Assembly (NCBI GenBank): GCA_949067325.1 | Contig: CARTDZ010000003.1 | Coordinates: 1-47,700, forward strand | DNA length: 47,700 bases | Source: an uncultured Eubacteriales bacterium | GTDB lineage: Bacteria > Bacillota > Clostridia > Christensenellales > UBA1242 | Direction: 5' to 3' | Shown here: piece by piece, positions 26,424 through 37,100 of the stretch | Numbering within the stretch: position 1 is the stretch's first letter | How the letters are laid out: every line of letters begins with the position of its first letter | Translations under genes and position numbers: made by a program | The notes under the pieces: generated by a model | What the model saw: only the letters and a program-made list of their open reading frames with translations | The model's database searches: none | What the model was told of the DNA's origin: nothing

Positions 26424-26451
26424 TACGCGGTTTTGACTTGTTTGAACTTTA

Positions 26452-26814
26452 TTAACCTTTAAAAATTGCTTTGAGAATTACGCCAAAGACAAAGCTGACG
26501 GTTGCAAGAAAAATGCTTCGCAACACAAGCAAGCCCAGAGCCTTGCGTGACTTTTTGCTGTCTGCGATGAATGTTATGCCTTTCTTTTTAAGATTTATGC
26601 AATAATAATAGCCATTTTTGCTGTCTGAGGCTACGTAATCCAGATAGTTGTCCATTGAAAGAGCGGCGAGGATTTCGTCTATTTCGGCAACTGACAAAAC
26701 AGTTTTGTTTGACAGGGCTTCTGCGATTTCATTGGGTGAGACAAGCTGGGTCTTTTTGCCTGAACAGACCTTGCATAGATAATTCATCACAAGTTTTTCT
26801 TTTCGACTTGTCAT
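26452..26814 (-). CDS. wHTH-like N-terminal domain plus C-terminal TM anchor protein (paralog A), unknown function
   Basis: The ORF maximum extends to 26856. The start at 26814 (MTSRKEKLVMNYL...) is chosen by alignment with the divergent paralog. C-terminal TM: ALGLLVLRSIFLATVSFVFGVILKAIF. Confidence 0.6.
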   Translation of the reverse strand: MTSRKEKLVMNYLCKVCSGKKTQLVSPNEIAEALSNKTVLSVAEIDEILAALSMDNYLDYVASDSKNGYYYCINLKKKGITFIADSKKSRKALGLLVLRSIFLATVSFVFGVILKAIFKG

Positions 26815-26966
26815 ACAGGTAAAAACGCCTCCTGAAAATAAAAATATTCTTGCCAAAAGTCATACATTTTAGACATCAAATAGCTATAAACAAAATGCAG
26901 TGTCAGATCATGTCGAAGTGTGTCAAAAATGAATAAGGAGATTTAAAAAAGCAAAAATAGAGGCAA

Positions 26967-27329
26967 ATGCTTGATGCAAAATCGCAATGCGTGCTGAAAA
27001 TCCTCATAAAGGAGTGCAAAGAAGGTGGCTATAAAATTGTCGAGACAAGCGACATAATTTCTGCCATGCCTGAAAGATTTAAGGTTGATGAAAAGGGTCT
27101 GAAAAATATACTGACTTTTTTGGAGCATTCTGACTGCATTTCAATCAAGTATGATGACGAAGGAATATATTGCCTATGCGTCATGCCATACGGCTTTAAG
27201 ATGATAGAAAGCAGCAGTCAAAAAAGGAAGGCTATAAGCCTCCCCTTTTGGATTTTTGCTGCAATTTTTGCACTTGCACTTGTGGCAAGTTTTGTGGGTT
27301 CATTGCTAGCAAACTTGATACATTTTTGA
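26967..27329 (+). CDS. wHTH-like N-terminal domain plus C-terminal TM anchor protein (paralog B), unknown function
   Basis: 120 aa with the same architecture and recognisable similarity to paralog A (CVLKILIKECKEGGYKIVETSDIISAM vs LVMNYLCKVCSGKKTQLVSPNEIAEAL). TM: LPFWIFAAIFALALVASFVGSLLANL. Confidence 0.6.
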   Translation: MLDAKSQCVLKILIKECKEGGYKIVETSDIISAMPERFKVDEKGLKNILTFLEHSDCISIKYDDEGIYCLCVMPYGFKMIESSSQKRKAISLPFWIFAAIFALALVASFVGSLLANLIHF

Positions 27330-27447
27330 AAATCAAATTCGAAAATACAAACCAAATCAATCAAAGTTGAAAAATGCCATTTTTTGTCGATTGCTCCCCG
27401 ACGAGAAATTTGAAAAGCAATCAAGCAATTTTTTAAAGCTGAGGATT

Positions 27448-28152
27448 TTAAAAGAATTCTCGAACTTTGCTTTTGTAACTGAAAGAGTAAACTCCATCAT
27501 CGCCGACCAGAACATGATCAATAAACTGAACGCCCAAAGTTTGGCAAAGATTGCTCAGATACTCCGTTGCAGTTTTGTCTTGATCAGAAGGCACGGCGGC
27601 TCCGCCTGGGTGATTATGTGTTACAAACACCATTGCTGCATGAGTACTTGCCAAAAAGTTTGATATTTGAAGTGGAGTGATACCTACCATGTTTATACTT
27701 CCTGAGGCAAGCTTTCGTTTTGCAATTATGTTTTTTGAACAATCAAGCCCAACTATAAACAGTTCTTCATTGTTTTTAAAACGCAGCAGCTGTTCACTAT
27801 AATCAAATATTGCGTCATATCCTGATAGGTTTTCTCGCTTCGTTCTTTTGCAAGTTTGATATAAAAAGAATATTTCAGTCAATTGTCTTATGAGCTTTGC
27901 TGCTCGCTCGCCAATCCCTCGAACTGTCATAAGCTCACTTTCTTCAGCATCAAGCACTGATGCTATGTTGCCGAACTTGTCTAGCAATCTGTGAGCGAGT
28001 GGATTGACATCGCCTCGCGGAAATATATATGTAAGTATAAATTCCATGGCCTGAACACTGCTTAAAGTTTCAATGCCAGCATTGCAGACTGTGTCAAGCA
28101 GTCTGCCTCTATGCCCAGCATGAATATTTTTCTCGTCGTCGTTGTATTTCAT
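27448..28152 (-). CDS. radC: RadC-family JAB/MPN domain protein (UPF0758) with N-terminal HhH region
   Basis: 234 aa with JAMM-like HNHPGGAAVPSDQD and the HhH-like VRGIGERAAKLI. AAAGGAGA SD upstream. It lies 44 bp downstream of the giant ORF on the same strand. Confidence 0.88.
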   Translation of the reverse strand: MKYNDDEKNIHAGHRGRLLDTVCNAGIETLSSVQAMEFILTYIFPRGDVNPLAHRLLDKFGNIASVLDAEESELMTVRGIGERAAKLIRQLTEIFFLYQTCKRTKRENLSGYDAIFDYSEQLLRFKNNEELFIVGLDCSKNIIAKRKLASGSINMVGITPLQISNFLASTHAAMVFVTHNHPGGAAVPSDQDKTATEYLSNLCQTLGVQFIDHVLVGDDGVYSFSYKSKVREFF

Positions 28153-28196
28153 AAAAATTTTTCTCCTTTGATTTTTGTTTTTGATTTGTGTTTTTC

Positions 28197-31100
28197 TTAT
28201 CGTAACTTTATTGGATCAAACGTTTTGTTTGAGAAGACACCTTTTAATTGATCTTGTTTAGTAAATGATTTATAATAAACTGTTCCATGCCATGAACCAA
28301 TTCCTCCTATGACTGGACCATGTATAGATTCTTTGAAGTAATTTACTTTGTCGCAATAAACTTTTTCCATATAATTTTCATCTTTACTTGCGGATGTCGT
28401 CTCTATAAATGAGTAAAATTCTTGATACAAGCCTCCTCCAGCTAAAGCAAGTCTAGTTTTCTTGAGTCCATTAACATTACCGTACGTTACTAAACCAATA
28501 GCTCCACTTGCACCGCTTTTTTGCACTGACAATTCCCCATCATTGTTCCCAAAAATACCTTTATTTTCAGTGCATTGTCCACTCTTAGCTTTATCTTCGC
28601 TTGGTTTTTTAACTGATTCTACGTGAATAGTTAAGTTCTCAAATTTAGATTTTGTCAAAACGCAATAATCAACATCATTTTTACTTCGCGATGTGCTACC
28701 ATTATTGCCTCCAGCACCTACACGCAGCAAACCGTTGTTTGTGCCATTAAAATCTATACTTCCTCCGTCATGCCCTTGGCCATCTCCTTGTAGTCCATTC
28801 TTCTCACTATATGACTCACCGTGCGTCCCATTTCCAGCAAACCAAGCACCATAGTTGATGCAATTGCTTTGATTTGCATCTTCTGACTGAGTTGCACTTT
28901 CTGGTTTTGCGATAAAGTTGATGGAATTTCCATTGCCATAAGCACTTACTGAAACGAAGTTGTCGACGCCATTAAATTCTGTATCTTTTGTTAAGATATT
29001 TAATGTTTCGTCACCTGAAAGAGATCCATAAAGTGATACATTGACAAATTTTGAAGAGTTTGTCAAGAATGTAGTGCTTTTGCTTGCTGAGGCTTCGCTT
29101 GCTGAGTCTCTGCTTACTGAGCCTCCCTTTGCTGAGCCTCCGCTTACTGAATTTAAAATTTTTACATCTTTGGTAAATTTTTCTTGGTCTGTTCCTTGGC
29201 CTGTTCCTTGGTCTGTTCCTTGGTCTGTTCCTTGGCCTGTTCCTTGGCCTGTTCCTTGGTCTGTTCCTTGGTCACTATACATATAACTATTTTTATTTAC
29301 AATGTTTAAGAAATGTCCATTTCCTGAAATGTTGACATTTTGAGGGCCTATATTTGAAGAAATTTTTACATTTATATCTTGAGTCATTATTATATTATAA
29401 ATTATAGCTCCGTTATCTGATACAGAAATATTACCTGGTGTTTGATCACCACCACCTATATCATAGTTTTCATATGTATCTACAACTTTAAGGCTACCGT
29501 TTTCTCGATCGCTAAAATTTATGTATTTCAAAATCACTTTTTGATCCTTTATGCCTAGATATTCTGATGACGTAGCTATTCCACCGAAGAAGAAATCTTT
29601 TTGTGCTTCTTTTATCTCAACTGAATAATTTGCGTCTAAAATGTTTGTGATAGTGTCAGAATCAGTATATTGAGAAACTATTTCTTTGTCACCCAAAGTA
29701 ACACTTTTTACTGGTCTCAATACTGAAGTGTCTATATAACTTGCATCAAATATACTTGCAAGTGTTTCAAACATCAACACCTTTGTTAAGTTGAATTCAT
29801 ATGTAATTGTTCTAGTTGTGCCAATATCATTTCCGTCTTCATTAAAGTCTTTATATTTAACATCTAATGTCACATCATTTCCACTAGTGGTAAGCTGTGC
29901 TTCATAGGTGGCAGATTCACCTTCTTCAAGCTCTTCTGAAACAAGGGTCAAAAGTTTTTTATTTTTATTATAGGTAAGCTCTATACCGTTAATTTTTAAG
30001 CTGTAATACTCATCCTCTTCAGGTTCCTCTTTTTCAACTTCCTGAACAGATATCTCTGTATAAGAGTCGTCTTCATTTTTCAAATAATATTTCAACAAGT
30101 ACAAAACTAAGGATTCGCCATTTTCATATGAAGCATAATAGTATTCACGGTCTTTATCTTGGAAGACTATGTTAACAGTCGTTGCGCTTTCTGGCAAGTT
30201 GGATTTGATTTTCGCAGACGTATTTGCTTCTATAGTTATGTTGCCTGTCATCAAACCACTATACTGTACAGTCAATCCATCTGCATCAAAAATTGTATCA
30301 TTGGTACTTGCCAAAGTGTCAGTATTTTGAGTGATTTTTATATTGCCTTTGCCTTCCTCACCATTCTTACCAATCAGTTTTGCATCTATCTTTACACCAT
30401 ATTTGAATTTGAAGGCGCTATAGTTTTCGTAGACTTGGACGCCTGCGAAATTGTAAAGCGTATTGCCTGTCGTATTTGAAAGTACAACATTGCCATCAGT
30501 ATCAGTTTGATAATCACTATTATCAAATTGTCCTGATTGAACATTGGTATAAACCGATGTTGTCAATTGATAATCATCTCCAATGTTTTGCATTTTGGTT
30601 GCTCCTATTTGCTCATTATCGGCAAGCTTTATTACAGGAGCAACTTTGCTGTTGCTATTAATAACAGATACAAATTCATCTATATCAACTGTTTTACTTA
30701 TAATCAAAGTAATAGCGTTGTTTGTCGAACGAACAATCTCAAAGCTTTCGAAAGTCGATCCAGTTGCTGCTACATATTTATACGAAGTATTGAAATTGTA
30801 ATTTCCATTTCCATCATAGCTAAACAATGGATCTGATGCAGGGTCATAATAGCCAATGTATTTAGTGTTAAAATTGCCTGCAAGTGCTTTTTCATTTAAT
30901 GTCAATGTAACTTCTTGATTGTCAGCATCTATTGGATTTACTGAATAACTATTTACTATTTGTTTAACAGTTGACGAGTTGTCTATTCCGTCAAAAACAA
31001 ATTCTTTTTTATATTCAGTCTGCGACAGATTGATATTTCCACTTGCCGCATCAACAAACTCAAGGTTTTCTGCCTTTCCTCCCACAACTTGTTGAGTATA

Positions 31101-34100
31101 TGCTTCAAATGTTTTATTATTGAATAATTTTTTAAATTCAGTAATGCCAAAATCACCTGAGCAAGTATTGACATTTTCGCTTTCGTTTGAAGTGTTTGAT
31201 GTTGATGTCAACTTTGCATTTGGTGCATAATACATTATCTTATTTGTATTGTCATAAATCATGTAGTAAATTTTGTTTTCATGATCTTTTAAGCATATAA
31301 TATTATTTGATGTCTTTGTATTACCAGTCTCACCCCACGTCAAAGTCATTCCAGAACTGCTAGTAAAATTCAAGTCCGTTGCAATTCCAAACAAGCCACG
31401 AGTAGTTGATTTTTCTTTATCATCAAATACAGCCAGTCCATTGAAATCATCAAATATAATTGTTTTTGCATCTTTATAAGAAAATTGCACATTAGATAAA
31501 GAATATGAGCCTTCCGCTTTCGTCATAACAGCCTCTAAACTTACAAATATATCCTTGTTTTCATCAATCCTGTAACCTTTTATCTTGAAATAATTTTTGG
31601 CATTTTGAACTTCTGTGCTATTGTTATTTAATGTCAAATTTAATGTCAAATTATTTAAAGTTAAATTATTGATTGAAAAATCTTGAGGCTTACTCTTCGA
31701 TTCGAAATTGAGTTTAACCTCGAAGTTAAGCGTCATATTGCCTGCCGTGAAATATTTTTCAGCATCTGCATTGTTTCCAACAAGCACAAAAGGCTCTCCA
31801 TTGATTGTGGTGGTTTTGTTTTCAGAATTTGTATAATAAGAGGTGGTTTCTTTTGAAATACTTTCTTCTTTACTTGGCTGTTTCTCTTTTCCTTCGATAT
31901 ATGCAAAGTTAAATTGATCGTTTATCTTTTCATATCCTTCATATTTTTCACCATCCAATTTTTCATCATCCAAGAAATTGGCTTGAACTAGCTGATCGTT
32001 TGCATACATCTGCCTGTGATGCCAGATTTGACGATGTCCTGCGTTATCATTTTTATGTGAATATACATAAAGCAACAGTTGATAAGGCACTCTATACAAA
32101 ACAGAAATAGGTGACTTGCAATTGCCATATGAAATCACAAGGCTGTCTTGTCTATATTCATATTCACTTGATCGACCATATTGTTCAACTATTCTATAAT
32201 CTTCATCTTTATCCTGATTTCCTGCTGGGTCTGTTTCCAAATCACTTGAAGAGAAGGCCTTTTTGTTTTCAGCATTAAAACCTGTCAGTCGATATCTAAA
32301 AGCATTATATTCACTGGATACAACAGAACCATCACCTGAAGTCTCTCCCTTTTCCCCAACTCGGCCAAGATCGAGCAATTGATCCTCGACATTTACTGTT
32401 GAAAGTAAATAACCAGTCCTGTAGTAGTTGTCCCATGCGTCTTTAATAGTTTTTTGTTCAGTCCATCCCATATGTTTAAGGTTCAAAGTTCCGTTCGCAT
32501 TAATTGATTGAGCTGAACTGTTTGTCTTAGAGATATCGCTGGCTCTATTTTTGAAATATCCTATTGAATATGCATTGACATTAGCATTGTCAGATGCAGC
32601 TTGATAAAGTTCTATATTGTTGACAGTGTAATTCGTATAGCCTTGCATAATTTCTTTCTCAGAATCGTCTATGGAATCTTCACCTAGATTTTCAGTTTGT
32701 GCCTTTGTTATAAAGGTCGGATCTTTTCCAAGGGCTTCGATTGAGCCTTCGTTGTAGCAATTTGATATTGTTACTGTAGCGTCTTCGCTGCCAAGGCCAA
32801 CAATTCCGCCCGCTGAAGATACATGGTCGCCTGCGACAGACTTGTTGCCAGCTTTGACTATGCCTGAGTTGTATGAGTTGTAGATGTTGAGGGCGGCGTT
32901 AGCGTGACCAACAAGGCCGCCAGCTTGATAGTTTGCAGATGTTTCGCTTAAAGCACTTTGCGCCTTTCTATAGCCATTGATAACTGAGTTTGCGTTGTAT
33001 GAATTATAAATAGTCAATTGAGCTTGTGTATAACCAACCAAACCACCAACACTCATATCTGTGCCTTGTGCATTCATAACTTCTATAGTGCCGTAGTTTG
33101 AAGAATAGTTGATTGTGAGTGGTCCACCTGTTTGAACATGTCCGACAAGACCGCCTACATCTATACCACCGCTTGATTGTTGTAAAATACCCACCATGTT
33201 TGTGACAGCGGTTAATGTGCTGCCTTTCTCGTTTGTTTGTCTTGCGACTGCGCCCCAGTTGCCATTATTTGCGTCTGTGTTTACAATTCTGCCAGAAAGA
33301 GTCAGGTTTGCAACTTCAGTATTGTTAAGTGTGCCAACAAGAAGTGGCGATGTCATTACAGTAGCATTGTCATTTGTTATTCTAAGGTTGAATACTTTTT
33401 TGCCCGTCAAATTGTTGAATAACGCTCGAGTGCCGTTATTAAACTTTATACTGCTAAGTTCTTCAATTGTATGACCATTGCCGTCGAAAATAGTGGCACT
33501 GCTTGGCAATTCGATCATTCCTGTCGCTTCAGTGTCCATATTATAATCATCTTCACTTTTGCTTGTATTGGCAAAGTTTATATCATTGAGCAGGAAGACA
33601 ATTGAAATGTTTGGTATGCCCTCAAGATGTCTTTTTGAAAGATTATACAAGCCCATTGCATTTGGTATGCCGTAAGCGTATTTATCCGCTGAGGTAGTGG
33701 TTTCTCCATCTCTAGTTGTTGGAGTTGTTGGAGTTTGTGCAGGTTGACTGTTCTTATTTGTTTCATATACTGAAAGTCTTTGATATTTGAAAGTATAAAT
33801 GTTTGCGTTTGAGCTTTTGTTGGTTGTTTGATTTTCAGCCAAATATGTTTTAGTATTATATGGAATATTGCCTGTTGTTGCATTCGCATCTTTTTCTATT
33901 TTATACAGAGATGATGGTTTAAGATAATAAAATTCTTTTCTTGTTGGATAGCCAAAGTTGAAGCTATAATCCATTGATGCATAATCTTCACCCGTCACCT
34001 GCGACCAACCGCTTGACAAGCAAGAATTGTCATTTAAAAGTTCATTAAATCCTTTTGCACTTTTGTCTTTGTCCCAATCTCTCTTCACATTAATTCCGCT

Positions 34101-37100
34101 CTTGTCATAATACGCTTTGTTTTTATTATCACCCCAAACGTCGTTTTTATTATTATCACCCCAAACGTCAAGTCGGTCAGAATCAGGCGTTGTTTTTCCT
34201 GAAGTGTGATCATTCCAATTGATGTAAGAGAAGGTGTACGAATTTTTGATCGAGATGTTTGACCCGCCTGCGAACGCGTGGATATTTGTGTCGATATAGC
34301 TTTCAAGGCTGCCACCGCTGAATGTGCCATATATGAAAGCAGTGTTTTGAGGGTCTGCAATTCCTTTGCCTACAATGCCGCCCATATGGCCATTTTTTTG
34401 TGCACGATAGATGATATCAGCAACGCTATAGCTGTCACTGATTGTTCCGCTTGTCATTTCACCTACAAGACCACCGACATTGACAAGTCTTTGACCTGCA
34501 ACCTCAATGTTTCCACTTAGGCCAACGGCGAAAATATTTCCGCCTTCCATTTTGCCTACAAGGCCACCAACTGACAAGTCTGAAGCTGCTGTTGTGCCTG
34601 TTGATGTTGTTGTAGTGTTGTTTACTTCACCAACAACCATATTTTCGAGTTCTACTACAAGTGAAGAAATGTATGAGTAGCCTTGCATAATATCGATAAA
34701 GTTGTTTGTCAAATCTTTAAGTTTGATTGAATTGCCATCACCGATAATAGCAATGTTTTTCATGGTTTGAGTTTTGTTTTCTTTATTACTTGGTTGTGTA
34801 TATTCCGTCGGCATTCCTTTTGAAGTTGATGTAGCCACATAGTAATACACGCCATTATCTGGATAATCATCATTTTCTACTTTTAGGTTTAGCTTTAAGT
34901 CGGCTGGCTTCAATTTATGCCCAGTGGTCAGCGTGTTGGCGGAATTTCCAAAAACGCCTCCCTTAATCTGCTGGCAAAGGGCTTGTGTTTCGTCATATTC
35001 ACCATAACCATATTTGCCATTAGCTTCGTCGTATTCACGATTATACCCCATATCTGTGCCGTAAGCATCAGTCGCAAGGACTACGCCATGGTTGTAGAAG
35101 TTGTCTACTATACGGCCAATTTGACCTTTTATAGGTGCAGAACCGAACAAAGCGTTTATATGAACTTTTTCAGTATCTTTTTCAGTATCTTTTTCAGTAT
35201 CTTTTTCAGTATCTTTTGTCGTTTTGTAACTATTGTGAGTAACCAAGCTGTAGTTGTTTGTCACTATTGAGCTTACCAAGGCTTGTATGTCAGTTTTGCC
35301 TAAAATTCCGCCGAAATAGTAACCCTCGACTAAAATGCCCTTTTCTTGTGCGATATACAAATCACCGTAGTTGTAGTTTTCTTGAACTGATATGTTTGCA
35401 ACTTTTAGATAGCCCGCTGTGCCGCCGACATTGATTTTATTGCCGCAGTTTTGGCCAATTCTGATTGTTCCGCCAAAAGATATGTTGTTAAGAGTTGCGT
35501 TTGTAAGAGTTGTGTCTGTATTTGCTGCGTCAGTTTTCTTTTCCACACTGCCCACAAATCCGCCGACGTTTATAGCTGAAGAATAGTTGAGAAGAATATG
35601 TCCGTCATAGCGAGAAACATTATTGTCTCCATTTTGAATATTTACGCTGCCTGCACGGCCAACAAATCCGCCGACATTTGCTGTGGCTGTGGCATCTCTT
35701 GTTGAAGATGGGGCAGGTGAAGAAATGTAGAAGTTGTCTGCGACTATGTATGCTTTGTCAATATCTACTGAGTTTGCGTTGCCTACAAGTCCACCAGCAT
35801 TGATGTTTGTTGCTTGAAGAGCGACAAAGTTCAATGAGTCTTCTCCTGCAGCAGAGAATGATACTTGGTTTGTTTGGCTTGAAGAAATTTTGACGTTGTT
35901 GCCAGCCTTGCCTACTAGGCCACCATAGTTTATCGTCTGTGCTTTCAATGGTTGTGAATTTGAATAGCTGAAATTGATTGATCTTTCGCTACCAGATTTG
36001 AAGAAGTCGTCTTTCGATACTTTATTCGATACTTCATTCGATACTTCATTTATCATATTGTAAGTTTTGAGGTCAGAAATTGATAATGCATTGATTGAGT
36101 AGCCAACAATTCCGCCATACGTAATGGAATTTGCTGTGCCATCGAAAGTAAGTTTGGTTTTGATTTCAGGTATTGTCTCATCTTCGCTGCCTGAAGCGAA
36201 TGACATTGTTGATCCAGCAGAAGAAGTATCTTCATTGTCACCTATTTTGCCAACAATTCCGCCATAAGTCATGTCGCCTTCGCATGATTTTACAGTCAAA
36301 GCGCTGTTCATACCTTGAACGTTGTCATTAAAGCTGAGGTCTACGCTTGCGTCTATGTGACCGATAAGGCCACCAACAACCAGCGAAGAATCCTTTTCAC
36401 TTAAAGGCGCAGCTACATTAAAGCCAAGAGACTTGTTTGTTTTTGCACCCAAAAGTGCAACAGTCATATTTCCGTCAGACAAAACGGCAGAGCCAAAGAT
36501 TGCACCTAAGGCTATTTTTTTGTATCCGTTTGTTGAATTGTTTGCGTTTATTGAAATGATATTTATATCATTCTTTATTGTGCTTTCAATAGTGTTGCCA
36601 TTGAATGTCATTTGACGAATGTTTGAGTTTTGTTTAGCTTCGCCAGCAAAGAGGCCTGCTTTTATCTCTTCATTTTCTATTTCACTATTGTACGAAACAG
36701 TCAAAACACTCGTGCCAGAAGCAAATTGTGACCCGTTGCCATCTTCTGTAATGACAATTTTTGTGCCAGTAATGTTTGTGCCTGTGATTGAAGGAGCGAT
36801 AAGGCCGACTGCATTGTTTTCATTTGGTCTTAAATTGATGCCTGGACGAACTACTTTGAAAGTCACATTTGTAAGTGTAGCGTTTGTCAAATCACTATCT
36901 ACCAAACCGCCTGAATACCTAGCAGCGCCAGTAGTGAAAATTGATGCGTTGTCGCCTTGAATTGTTTCATCAAAGTCAAACTTGAAAATAGCGTCTCTTA
37001 TTGTGAAGCCTGACAAAGTAGAGCTAAACAAAGGTCTATCCAAGATGATGTTTGGATATTCACCTTCTCCGCCATCTTTTCTGTATTGTTCCATACCATG

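Noticed and set aside
26224-26436. ORF reading through the 12-bp repeats (SCVLSYVLSCVLSYVL...), and the possibility of a CRISPR array
   Set aside because: The peptide is an artefact of translating the tandem repeat. The units are contiguous with no spacers and only 12 bp long, so this is not a CRISPR array.
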